Of a stretch of DNA of 56,400 nt, positions 26,964 through 35,700 are shown one piece after another. The stretch's first letter is position 1. Every line of letters starts with the position of its first letter. The position numbers were made by a program, and so were the translations under genes. Source of the DNA: a virus (Duplodnaviria > Caudoviricetes); the IMG/VR virus record IMGVR_UViG_3300020121_000067, positions 1 to 56,400 of that record; one strand, written 5' to 3'. The notes beneath the pieces are model-generated. The model was given only the letters and a program-made list of their open reading frames with translations, had not been told where the DNA came from and did not search any database.

Positions 26964-27869
26964 ATGCCGAAGATCAAATATCAGGATATAAACTTCAAAC
27001 CTGCATCCTTGGCCCTCATCGAGAAGGCCAACGAGATCATAGCAAGTTATCAGAGTCAGGGATATGACCTGACGCTTCGGCAGTTGTACTACCAGTTCGT
27101 CTCCCGCGACATCATTCCCAATACACAAGCTAGCTATAAGAACCTAGGCAGCGTGGTCAATGACGCAAGGCTGGCCGGGATGATCGACTGGAACGCGATT
27201 GTGGATCGCACCAGGGAACTGCGTGGACTGCCACACTGGAGTGATCCTAGCGATATCGTGGATAGTTGCTCAAGGCAGTTCAACATTGACAAGTGGAAGG
27301 ATCAGAAGTATCGACCAGAAGTGTGGATCGAGAAGGACGCACTGGCGGGAGTATTCGAGCGCGTGTGTAATGAATTAGATGTTCCCCTGTTCTCCTGTCG
27401 TGGATACACAAGCCAGAGCGAGATGTGGGTCGGCGCCCAGAGAATGCTTCGTTATCGCAAGCAGAAGCAGACTCCGATGATCCTCCACTTCGGAGATCAC
27501 GATCCCAGCGGAAAGGACATGTCGCGAGATATTCAGGATAGGCTGTGTCTATTCACTGGCCGGGAGATTGAATTTGAGCGGCTAGCGCTGAATATGGATC
27601 AGGTGAGGGAATATGATCCCCCACCGAATCCAGCGAAGGTTACGGACTCCCGAGCTAAGGGATACATCGCCGAGTTCGGGGACGAAAGCTGGGAGCTGGA
27701 TGCGCTGGAACCAAGCGTATTAGAGGAGTTGGTACGCGGGGCCATTGTCAAGGTAGTGGATGAGGAGAAGATGGAGGCCGCTGATAAGGAGCAGGAACGC
27801 CATCGTGAGACCTTGCAGCTTATATCTGAGAGGTTCGAGGAGTGTGAGGAGTTGGTGAGGAATGAATAA
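26964..27869 (+). CDS. Spo11/topoisomerase VI subunit A-like (JetD-related) Toprim protein
   Basis: Winged-helix 'LTLRQLYY', Toprim 'VWIEKDAL', 'RGY', 'GDHDPSG', C-terminal 'WELDAL'. Confidence 0.85.
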   Translation: MPKIKYQDINFKPASLALIEKANEIIASYQSQGYDLTLRQLYYQFVSRDIIPNTQASYKNLGSVVNDARLAGMIDWNAIVDRTRELRGLPHWSDPSDIVDSCSRQFNIDKWKDQKYRPEVWIEKDALAGVFERVCNELDVPLFSCRGYTSQSEMWVGAQRMLRYRKQKQTPMILHFGDHDPSGKDMSRDIQDRLCLFTGREIEFERLALNMDQVREYDPPPNPAKVTDSRAKGYIAEFGDESWELDALEPSVLEELVRGAIVKVVDEEKMEAADKEQERHRETLQLISERFEECEELVRNE

Positions 27870-28317
27870 GCCTAGGCAGAAGAAAATCCTTCCCCCGCCG
27901 GAACTCCAGGCGCGAGAGGTTCCGCTCTCCGATGAGCAAGTTGCGATAGAGGATTCACGCAGGGGGGATATCCACGCGACGACGATCCGCTGGCGGGATC
28001 TCGTGCTGGCGACCTGGCAGCTCGGGGATGATAAGAAGTATCGCGGGAGGCTGCCGGAGGGGCTCAGTTCCCAGCAGTTCTGGGCGAAGGTCACACGTGC
28101 GGCGGGCAGGCTGGCCGCGATGCGTCATGTTCATACCAAGGCTTGCTATAGCCGCGTTCCTGAAACTGAGGGTAAGGGAATGTATCTCAGTTGTGGTAAG
28201 ACGCTGGAATCGCCGGGGGAGTATGCAGGCATGAAGGTGGGAGTGGCGGTGCGAGGGAGGGAGTGGTGGGTGTGGTCGGTGCGGAAGCCGGGGGCTAAGG
28301 ATTTGGAAACTGAGTGA
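27862..28317 (+). CDS. Hypothetical protein
   Basis: 151-aa ORF coupled to the Toprim gene. Confidence 0.65.
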   Translation: MNKPRQKKILPPPELQAREVPLSDEQVAIEDSRRGDIHATTIRWRDLVLATWQLGDDKKYRGRLPEGLSSQQFWAKVTRAAGRLAAMRHVHTKACYSRVPETEGKGMYLSCGKTLESPGEYAGMKVGVAVRGREWWVWSVRKPGAKDLETE

Positions 28318-28356
28318 CCGGGGGCTCGTTCCCCAGAACAGAAGAGGAAGGAATTT

Positions 28357-29055
28357 ATGATTACACTTGATAGTTTTGCAGGAATGCATATTTCATCCGC
28401 CTGTAAAGAAGCGGTTGACCGCGCCAACTTGAACAAAGACGCTGTACGCTTTGAGTTCAATGGCACTGAAGTTATAGCTCACCCCGGCGATGATCCGGCT
28501 AAGTTAGAAGCGAAGTGGTCAGCCGATTTTGAAGTCGCTGCAAAGGCTTACCGCGAATCGCCCGAATATGCCGAACGCCAACGCCAGATTGCCGAAGAAG
28601 ATCACCGCAAGCGCACCGCATCGCTGAAAAATAAAGCCAAGACAGAAGCCGAGATGCGCGAGGCTGAAAATCCTTGGCCCTACACAAAAGAGCAACTTGT
28701 CGAATATATCACTTCATTGCTTGACCGTCCGCACAATTACGGAACGTGTGTGTATGCCATGAGCCTTGCCGCTACCGCAGCTTTCAACTACATGGCCCAT
28801 GAAATCGGCAGCACAGGATTTCAGGCATCATGCGCCGATCTGGATTTCATTCGCCGCTCTCGCGGCATAAAAGGCCCGTTCATGATCCTTAAAGCAGAGG
28901 ACGCGCTTTATCCGCAATATAACCTGCCTGAGAAATTGGCCGAAGCAATGGAAGAGTGGAAGCCGTGGCTTAAGGAACAGGCCGCAAAGAATCTGACAGA
29001 CAAAGACGGCGCACATCCGAACGTGATAGCGCACTGGAAAAAACTGGCTGAATAA
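28357..29055 (+). CDS. Hypothetical protein (cassette 1)
   Basis: 232 aa, own purine-rich RBS, AT-richer. Confidence 0.8.
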   Translation: MITLDSFAGMHISSACKEAVDRANLNKDAVRFEFNGTEVIAHPGDDPAKLEAKWSADFEVAAKAYRESPEYAERQRQIAEEDHRKRTASLKNKAKTEAEMREAENPWPYTKEQLVEYITSLLDRPHNYGTCVYAMSLAATAAFNYMAHEIGSTGFQASCADLDFIRRSRGIKGPFMILKAEDALYPQYNLPEKLAEAMEEWKPWLKEQAAKNLTDKDGAHPNVIAHWKKLAE

Positions 29056-29099
29056 CCTTTGCGGGGCTCGTGCCCCCAGATAAGAGAGAAGAACAAACA

Positions 29100-29717
29100 A
29101 TGAAGAATAAACACAATATCACTCCTGCGGCGGTTTCGGCTGCTGCGCGCGGCGACATGGACAACTTTATGGTCGCTATCACACCGGGCGGAATTGAAGC
29201 TCAGGAAGCAATGGGGCAAGCCGCTCTTGTTGGCACTCTTGGCATCCTGCCGAAAGAATGCCCTCGCCAGCAGCTTGAAAAATTGGGGTTCAAGTTTGGC
29301 GCGGATTCGGATGATCTGTTTGTTAACGTGACGTTCCCCGCTGGCTGGAGCAAGAAAGCAACCGACCATTCCATGTGGTCTGATTTGCTGGACGACAAGG
29401 GGCGCAAGCGTGGCGGCATCTTCTACAAGGCGGCTTTCTACGACCGTTCGGCGCACATGAGTCTCAATCGTCGCTATGTGGTCACATCCGAATACCTGAA
29501 TGCTGCCGGGGAAAAACACGACTGGAAAAGCAACGCAGAGCCAGCAAAAAGGCGCATCGTGGTCGAGGATCGCGGAGAAAACAAAACGCTCTGGCAGTCT
29601 GAATCATATAGCCGCACGGATTACAAAACAGATGAAGCAGCCCAGAAAGTTGCGCGTGAATGGCTGGCAGAAAAGTTCCCGCAGCACGAAGATGAGACTG
29701 CTTACTGGGGCGCGTGA
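29100..29717 (+). CDS. Hypothetical protein (cassette 2)
   Basis: 'PGGIEAQEAMGQ...PAGWSKKATDHSMWSDLLDDKGRKRGGIFYKAAFYDRSA'. Confidence 0.8.
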   Translation: MKNKHNITPAAVSAAARGDMDNFMVAITPGGIEAQEAMGQAALVGTLGILPKECPRQQLEKLGFKFGADSDDLFVNVTFPAGWSKKATDHSMWSDLLDDKGRKRGGIFYKAAFYDRSAHMSLNRRYVVTSEYLNAAGEKHDWKSNAEPAKRRIVVEDRGENKTLWQSESYSRTDYKTDEAAQKVAREWLAEKFPQHEDETAYWGA

Positions 29718-29767
29718 TGTGGCTGGGGTTCCATGGTGGGGCCAGTGTTCAAGGGAGGATTTAAATT

Positions 29768-29824
29768 ATGACAACACGTATCTACATCGACCGCAGCCGG
29801 ATCATAACCCGTGAGCGTGAGTAA
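29768..29824 (+). pseudogene. Orphaned 5' end of the exonuclease gene (MTTRIYIDRSRIITRERE*)
   Basis: Strong GGGAGG RBS; peptide matches the N-terminus of 30185 (MKREFTDRSRIQTRERC). Confidence 0.75.
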
Positions 29825-29826
29825 CT

Positions 29827-30261
29827 ATGTCTAAGCCACGCACAGAAGCGGAGCGGGAAGCCCACAAACTTTACATGAAGCAGTATCATGCAAAGCGTCG
29901 TGCTGCTGATCCCGAATACAATCGCGTCTTTCTTGAGAGACTGGCCAAGGTAGAGTCCATGAGCGCTCAAGATATACAGATGCGTAGGCGAGCCTCTATG
30001 AATTGGGGACATAAGAATCCAGATAAACGTCGCGCTCACTATCTAGCCAAATTGAAGAACCCCATCGAACAGCCTTGTGCCGTATCTGGATGCGGCAACA
30101 AGGCCGAGCGCCATCATCCAGACTATTCCAAGCCGGAAGAAATTGTGTGGCTGTGTCGAAAACATCACAAAGAGGAGCACTTAAATGAAAAGAGAATTCA
30201 CGGATCGCTCAAGGATTCAAACTCGGGAGAGATGCCCCAGACGTTTTTGGCTGGAATATAA
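29827..30261 (+). CDS. HNH-type homing endonuclease-like protein
   Basis: 'PCAVSGC...ERHHPDYSKPEEIVWLCRKHHKEEH'. Confidence 0.75.
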   Translation: MSKPRTEAEREAHKLYMKQYHAKRRAADPEYNRVFLERLAKVESMSAQDIQMRRRASMNWGHKNPDKRRAHYLAKLKNPIEQPCAVSGCGNKAERHHPDYSKPEEIVWLCRKHHKEEHLNEKRIHGSLKDSNSGEMPQTFLAGI

Positions 30262-31867
30262 AGAAGCGGGCACCGGCATCGTGCCGAAGCGGACGCCGCT
30301 GGCCTTGGGCGTTGGTGGAGCTATCCATGAAGGCCTAGCTGCATTACTACAGCGTGGGCAGAAGCTCATAGATGATCCTCAGCCGGGGCTTGCATCTTGG
30401 CATATGGCATGGGGCGTGATTGAGGATGTAGCTGTCAGTGCTGCGCTGGCCGATTTCTCCGCGCACGCCTCCGGGCTGGAGCTGGATGCGAACGAGTCCG
30501 CCGCGCTGGGCGTGGTGCAGGCGGACGCGAAGCAGCTGGCCGAGCAGATGGTCGCGCAAGCGAGGGAGCTGGGCATGTCTGAGCAGGACATCGCAGGGAT
30601 CACGCAGGGGGTGGATCCAGCGGTCGCGAGGAGTGAATTCGAGCGGTATCTCTTTGCTGAGCAGTCGGCGCTGGTCGAGGCGCTGGTCCGGGCCTACGCG
30701 AGGCGGAGGCTGCGTCCGCTGCTGGAGGAGTTCGAGGTGCTGGAGGTGGAGCGGGAAGGGAGCTGGAAGCTCAGCGAATGGGACGCTGGTATAGAGACAA
30801 GCGATGGTGGCCCGCGACCCTATCAGCCTGTTTACTACGAACTCTGGTTCATGTCCCGTCCCGACGCGCTGCTCAGGCATCGCCAGTCGAATGAACTCTA
30901 TCTTCTGAGTTATAAGACCACCGGCGGCTGGGACGTGCGGAAGGCGAGGGACATTGAGCATGACATGCAGGGACTGAGTGAAGGGGTGGAGGTTGAGCGG
31001 CGGCTGGGGGAGTGGTGGGAGCATTTGACTTCAGCTCATCGTAACCTCTTGGATGTGGAGATCAGGGCAGTAGCTGATAAGTTCAAAACTACTCCAGCTA
31101 TGATTCAATATCTGGAGGCATTGTCATCTGCGCCGCGCATCCATGCCATCCGCTACGAATTCCTGCTGAAGGGGGAGCGGTGGAAGGACAAGGAACTATC
31201 AGCGAGGCTGGGGATCGAGGCGCGGAGCCAGCAGAGTCATTTGATCCGGCAGTATGTGGCGACATCCACGCCCAAGAAGGGGGATGGTGGATACAGCGTA
31301 GGAGACGTGGCGTGGAGCTGGGATTTTTACAGAATTGAAGATAATAAAGACAGCAAACTCAGCTGGCAAAATTGGCACTCGCGTCCGGTGGAGGATGTGA
31401 AAGCGTGGATCGACAAGCTCGACTCCAGTGACCTCCTGATGTCCGGCGAGGACTCCACCGTAGGGCTAGCGCCGCGGCAGCTGGGATGGAAGTCCCAGGC
31501 GCAGGCGATGGGCGTCACGAAGGAGCATCCCTTGGAGAAGGTGTTCGTGCCGGCGGTGACGATATTCAGGAATGACGATCAGCTGCGCGACTGGGTAGAG
31601 CAGGTGGAACATGCGGAGCGGGAAGTGGCGATTCACGTCGCTGAGGTGAATGCCGCGAGCGATCCTGGCGAGAAGCGGTCGCTGTTGAATCGCTATTTTC
31701 CACAGGTGAGGCAATCCTGTGAATATCCTGGGACTTGTCCGTATGCGAGGGATCGAGTCTCCGTGTGCTGGGGCAGCGCGGAGATGCAGGTTGATCCCTT
31801 GGGGGTGGGCGGCGGGGAATACGTGCGGCGAGTGGCGAACCATCCGCAGGAGGTGTCGCATGACTGA
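30185..31867 (+). CDS. PD-(D/E)XK (Cas4/RecB-like) exonuclease
   Basis: 'CPRRFWLEY', 'GGAIHEGL', 'RPDAL...SYKT', C-terminal Cys cluster 'CEYPGTCPY...C'. Confidence 0.82.
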   Translation: MKREFTDRSRIQTRERCPRRFWLEYKEAGTGIVPKRTPLALGVGGAIHEGLAALLQRGQKLIDDPQPGLASWHMAWGVIEDVAVSAALADFSAHASGLELDANESAALGVVQADAKQLAEQMVAQARELGMSEQDIAGITQGVDPAVARSEFERYLFAEQSALVEALVRAYARRRLRPLLEEFEVLEVEREGSWKLSEWDAGIETSDGGPRPYQPVYYELWFMSRPDALLRHRQSNELYLLSYKTTGGWDVRKARDIEHDMQGLSEGVEVERRLGEWWEHLTSAHRNLLDVEIRAVADKFKTTPAMIQYLEALSSAPRIHAIRYEFLLKGERWKDKELSARLGIEARSQQSHLIRQYVATSTPKKGDGGYSVGDVAWSWDFYRIEDNKDSKLSWQNWHSRPVEDVKAWIDKLDSSDLLMSGEDSTVGLAPRQLGWKSQAQAMGVTKEHPLEKVFVPAVTIFRNDDQLRDWVEQVEHAEREVAIHVAEVNAASDPGEKRSLLNRYFPQVRQSCEYPGTCPYARDRVSVCWGSAEMQVDPLGVGGGEYVRRVANHPQEVSHD

Positions 31868-32063
31868 AGTATATGTGCTCAAGGAAACCGACTACTACGA
31901 CAACACTGGAATATCCGGAGTAACAACCCGCAAGGACGTGGCGGACTATTGGGAAACCCTTTCTGGCTGCTGGGTGGAGACCGCCACGCTTGATGATTTG
32001 TCGGATTACCGACTGGAAAGATTCAGGCCGAAGGAAGCGCAACCTGTAGACATAAAAAAGTAA
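31860..32063 (+). CDS. Hypothetical protein
   Basis: AGGAGG RBS, ATG 31860. Confidence 0.65.
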   Translation: MTEVYVLKETDYYDNTGISGVTTRKDVADYWETLSGCWVETATLDDLSDYRLERFRPKEAQPVDIKK

Positions 32064-32083
32064 CCTTCCCCCACATTATGTAG

Positions 32084-32113
32084 TTGACAATGATTGTGGA
32101 TAGGAGCTAGTAT
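32084..32113 (+). promoter_or_regulatory. Sigma70-type promoter
   Basis: TTGACA-18 nt-TAGTAT in an intergenic gap. Confidence 0.6.
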
Positions 32114-32144
32114 CGCATCCTCGAAGTAAACGGATTACACACTC

Positions 32145-32315
32145 ATGCAGCAGTCAAAACATAAGTCTCATTGCCAGTGCGGATGCGGGAAGCAGTTTCG
32201 GCCCAAGGTGCGGTGGCAGAAGTACGCCACGATCAGGTGCAAGAACCGTGCGGCGGCTGCGAGGCTCCGCGAACGAGCGAGAATGAATGGGCATCAGGCG
32301 GTGAGTCGTGGCTAA
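32145..32315 (+). CDS. CGNR-like Zn-finger protein, 56 aa
   Basis: 'CQCGCGKQF...QKYATIRCKNRAAAARLR'. Confidence 0.65.
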   Translation: MQQSKHKSHCQCGCGKQFRPKVRWQKYATIRCKNRAAAARLRERARMNGHQAVSRG

Positions 32316-32496
32316 GATTCTAATCAATAACTCTCATTATGTGGTTTCAACGCAGTACTGTACTAATGCAGTTGGTGGCAGCAATCCCGATGGAAAAACA
32401 GTCTTTATAAGACAAAAGAGAACCAACAAGGAGATACAAATTCCCATGAATATTTGGGAGAAGATAGTCATGGCCGTGGAGGAAAGAAATGGCTAA
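32308..32496 (+). CDS. Hypothetical protein (AT-richer insert)
   Basis: 62-aa ORF overlapping both neighbours by 8 nt. Confidence 0.6.
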   Translation: MAKILINNSHYVVSTQYCTNAVGGSNPDGKTVFIRQKRTNKEIQIPMNIWEKIVMAVEERNG

Positions 32497-33538
32497 ATCC
32501 ATCTGCCTCTACGCCGCGACCGGCTGCTGGAAGTCCACGCAGATCAAGTTCTTCGCCCGCCGTATAGCCGAGGTCACCGGCAAGGCGACTCTTCTCCTGT
32601 CCACCGACGGCGGCGGCTGGGCCCCGTGCGAGCCGGAGATCATCGCTGGGATGATTATCCCGTGGAGGATGGAGACCGCCTACACGCCGCTGTCACTATT
32701 ACGGAAGGTATCGCAGGGCTACTGGCCTAAGAACGTGGATCAGATCAACGAGGCCATTGCCAGCGGATTCGCCACTGGGCAGCTCGACCTTGAGAATTCC
32801 AGCATGGTTCCTATCGACTGGACGAAGATCGGAGGCATGGCCGTAGAAGGTCTTACCTCCCTGTCCGAGATGATGATGCGGTTCTTGCCGGACAAGGGAC
32901 TCGCCGTGGGAGGCCAGTCTCGCAATGGTAACAACATGAGCTTCCAGCAAGGCGTAGTGGTGAATGGCGAGGCCACGCTGGAGACCTTCTCCAGCAATAC
33001 GCAGGGCGACTATGGCTGGGTGCCCAATCAGATTTATGGGATTGTCAACAACCTGAACTCCCTACCATGTCACTCGATCATGTACACCGCCTTGGAGGCC
33101 AAGGGCAAGGACGATGATGGCAGCACGGTCTATGGCCCGGATCTCCCAGGGAAGAAGGCCACGGCCAAGTGTGGCCCGTGGTTCGGTGATCTTATTCATG
33201 GTCAGGATTATCCCGTGCCGAGAACAGTGAAGGTTCCCGATCCGGCGGATTCATCGAAGCAGATGGATCAGGTGGTAGTGGACGTGGCAGTGAGGATGTT
33301 CTATCGGAAGCATCCCGATCCGAGCACTGGGATACTATTCCCGGCCAAGCCGCGCTGTGCGCCGGAGAAGATAGCAGAGCTGGAAGCGGAGTTCCCCGGG
33401 GGATTTTTCACACCCACTACGGAATATGGGCTGGATCGCTACATGAGCGCAGTGGACAGGCTAGCGGCGGACGCCAGTCGCGGGGAATCGCTGCTGAACT
33501 GGAGAGATCGCGCGGACAAGCTCCTTGGGAGGAAATAG
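32489..33538 (+). CDS. Sak4/AAA_24-like P-loop ATPase (recombination)
   Basis: Walker A variant 'AATGCWKST', Walker B variant 'AVEGLT', 'YGPDLPGKKA'; sits between exonuclease and SSB-like gene. Confidence 0.75.
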   Translation: MAKSICLYAATGCWKSTQIKFFARRIAEVTGKATLLLSTDGGGWAPCEPEIIAGMIIPWRMETAYTPLSLLRKVSQGYWPKNVDQINEAIASGFATGQLDLENSSMVPIDWTKIGGMAVEGLTSLSEMMMRFLPDKGLAVGGQSRNGNNMSFQQGVVVNGEATLETFSSNTQGDYGWVPNQIYGIVNNLNSLPCHSIMYTALEAKGKDDDGSTVYGPDLPGKKATAKCGPWFGDLIHGQDYPVPRTVKVPDPADSSKQMDQVVVDVAVRMFYRKHPDPSTGILFPAKPRCAPEKIAELEAEFPGGFFTPTTEYGLDRYMSAVDRLAADASRGESLLNWRDRADKLLGRK

Positions 33539-33540
33539 TT

Positions 33541-33675
33541 ATGTTCTTATGCACAGAATGCCATGCCAAAACTGACTGCAAAAACAAGCAGCTAGAGGAA
33601 ATTCCTTTTGGCATGAGCTATGGAAAATGTGAGAGCTGTGGCCAGACCAAGCCCTGCGCTGACTGCCACGGATAA
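33541..33675 (+). CDS. Cys-rich 44-aa protein (CTECH...CESCG...CADCH)
   Basis: GGGAGG RBS; seven Cys. Confidence 0.65.
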   Translation: MFLCTECHAKTDCKNKQLEEIPFGMSYGKCESCGQTKPCADCHG

Positions 33676-33748
33676 CCAAGTTCGCAACACAAGCCCGCCC
33701 CTGCGCGGGGGAGTCACACGCAGCGGAATCTTAAATTGAGGAGACATC

Positions 33749-34618
33749 ATGGCAAGCAATCCATTCGCAACGGGCGGTGCGCAACCGGGAACGGCCGCGT
33801 CCCCCTTCGGAAACACCACCAACCAGCCAGCGACAGCGCCGAATGGCGTAACCGCTGCTCCACAGCCTGACAACCAGACCCAGCACGTCCCGGAGCCGCT
33901 GCCCTCGCTTGACGATCCGGGGCTCACCTCGGAATCGCTCACCGCGAAGGAAGGCGACGCCTTCGCAGCGCCACCGCCGGCGCCGGACGGAATCTACCGC
34001 GTTAAGTTGAAACTCCGGGGAGTGAAGGCCGAGGACGTGGGAGGCGCTGACATCTCGCAGTACACCAACGGCGCGGAGGTCGCACCGTGGGTTACGGGAG
34101 TGGCCAAGGACCGCCAGGGGAACGTCACCGGCACCTTCGCCAAGACGATCATGGACGTGCAGATCATCGATCCTAAGTTCCCGGAACTCGCTGATACCTA
34201 TCTCCAGGTGCCGTTCAAATGGATGGACACGCGCAGTAGCCAGAAGGGACTGTCGAAGATCATGACGATCCTGACGCTGGCCGGGAAGCGTCCGGACGGG
34301 CAGCCCTGGGTGGTCGTGGGGCAGAATTACAGCCACCGTACGCTGATGGAGACGTTTGTGAAGTTCCTCGCCGGGGAGCCAGAGCTACTGGCCAGGTCGG
34401 AGTGGTCGGCGAGCTGCGATGTCTGCGGGCAGGCGGCGAAGGCGAGTGGCACGGCGTATCCCAAGTCCACCGACGGCATGAATCGCTTCCCGCCGCTGCC
34501 GGGTAAACCGGGGCAGTACTCACCGGACCTGCCGTGCCTGGTGAACCGCGCGCACGGCACGACCAAGGCGCGGGCGATGGTGGTGCAGTATTACTCGCTG
34601 GATTACAAGGCGAAGTAG
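33749..34618 (+). CDS. Putative ssDNA-binding protein (DUF669-like)
   Basis: 'PPPAPDGIYRVKL' motif; position after the Sak4-like ATPase; GAGGAG RBS. Confidence 0.55.
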   Translation: MASNPFATGGAQPGTAASPFGNTTNQPATAPNGVTAAPQPDNQTQHVPEPLPSLDDPGLTSESLTAKEGDAFAAPPPAPDGIYRVKLKLRGVKAEDVGGADISQYTNGAEVAPWVTGVAKDRQGNVTGTFAKTIMDVQIIDPKFPELADTYLQVPFKWMDTRSSQKGLSKIMTILTLAGKRPDGQPWVVVGQNYSHRTLMETFVKFLAGEPELLARSEWSASCDVCGQAAKASGTAYPKSTDGMNRFPPLPGKPGQYSPDLPCLVNRAHGTTKARAMVVQYYSLDYKAK

Positions 34619-34623
34619 CAAGA

Positions 34624-34774
34624 TTAGGGATGCTCGGAACGGCAACGTCCGGGGGCGTGGGCAGTAACACGACGTAACCATCCCTGATGATTCCGCCATC
34701 AGTGCTCATTCTCTTTGGGTTGCGCTGATGGCGGGATTGATATAGCGCTCTCTAATCAGAGGGTTATATCAATC
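34624..34774 (+). ncRNA. Candidate structured RNA: three-way junction plus two long hairpins
   Basis: AGGGATG/CATCCCT; 15-bp TTCCGCCATCAGTGC/GCGCTGATGGCGGGA; 12-bp GATTGATATAGC/GTTATATCAATC; G-U pairs favour the + strand. Confidence 0.55.
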
Positions 34775-34804
34775 TAAGTAATACATAACAAAAGGAGAAT
34801 ACTC

Positions 34805-35191
34805 ATGGACATCGCATTGTTGCTGGAGTCCCACCGCACCAACCTGCTCAAAGACCTGAATGGAAGACTGGAAGGCCATCATAATCTAACGCCGTATCAG
34901 ATAGTGGAGATTTGCTACGACCGCGCCACAATCAAGACGCTGCTGGACAATATCAGTAATGGACAGCAGCCAGCCGGTCACGCAGTCACCGGAACGAACA
35001 CGACCACCATCACCACCCGCAGGGTGAAAGCCGGGAGCAAGAAGGCCCGGGATCGCGCGCTCAAGGCGGGGGAGACTCGGCGCAGGAACCTAGCGGCGAA
35101 GGCGGGTCAGGGGAACCTTGCTCCGGCGGGCGGGGCAACCAACTCCAACGAGTCGGAGGCCACATTCCGCAGTGAAGGCGGTGGCCAGTGA
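34805..35191 (+). CDS. Hypothetical protein with basic C-terminus
   Basis: AAAGGAG RBS. Confidence 0.7.
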   Translation: MDIALLLESHRTNLLKDLNGRLEGHHNLTPYQIVEICYDRATIKTLLDNISNGQQPAGHAVTGTNTTTITTRRVKAGSKKARDRALKAGETRRRNLAAKAGQGNLAPAGGATNSNESEATFRSEGGGQ

Positions 35192-35502
35192 GCACAGTCA
35201 ATGAACTGAAGCGACAGGCCCTAGATGCCGTAGAGGGCCTGTACTCTGCCTGTGAGCGAGATGTGGAGAAGTTGGAAGCTAAGGTGCTGGAACTGGAAGA
35301 GGAGTTGGAAGAGATTGATGAAGGTGAAAAGATTGATCCTGATCCTGAGTGGGGAAACTGCCGTCGTGGATGTCCTCCAGCATTTATCAACAGCCGTGGG
35401 TTCTGCTCCCCCGCCTGCGCGATGGGAGCGCCGAGGGGAGAGTTCGTCACGCTCAACGCCAGCACGGTTGTCAGCGCGGCTGGTGGATTGTTCGGCAGCT
35501 AG
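35188..35502 (+). CDS. Coiled-coil plus Cys-motif hypothetical protein
   Basis: GTGA coupling; CRRGC...FCSPAC. Confidence 0.65.
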   Translation: MSTVNELKRQALDAVEGLYSACERDVEKLEAKVLELEEELEEIDEGEKIDPDPEWGNCRRGCPPAFINSRGFCSPACAMGAPRGEFVTLNASTVVSAAGGLFGS

Positions 35503-35700
35503 ATGCCGCCGCGATCAGACCTCCATCCCCGAGGCAGCGGTTACCACTCCGCCAAGGAGCTGGAGAGCATCCGCCTCGTGGCGAGGCGGGATCAGGACTC
35601 GCGGATTACGGTCTGCGCGGACTGCGGGCGGGAGCGAACCAACATAAAGCGTCACCGGGGGAGTAAACAATGCAAGAAGCCAAGAGCGATTACGACCTGA
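35503..35700 (+). CDS. Small Zn-finger protein
   Basis: CADCG...HRGSKQC. Confidence 0.55.
   Translation: MPPRSDLHPRGSGYHSAKELESIRLVARRDQDSRITVCADCGRERTNIKRHRGSKQCKKPRAITT

Noticed and set aside
26964-27869. Wadjet defence system or DnaG primase
   Set aside because: No SMC/kleisin partners, and the winged-helix Tyr plus Toprim layout is TopoVI-A-like rather than primase-like
29817-30232. Self-splicing intron in the exonuclease gene
   Set aside because: No room or motifs for a group I/II core; the downstream copy has its own start and duplicates the putative exon 1
33541-33675. Mini c-type cytochrome (two CxxCH)
   Set aside because: No export signal and additional Cys; Zn binding is more likely
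34684-34740. Hammerhead ribozyme (CTGATGA followed by a stem)
   Set aside because: The required GAAA after stem II and a stem III/UH site are absent
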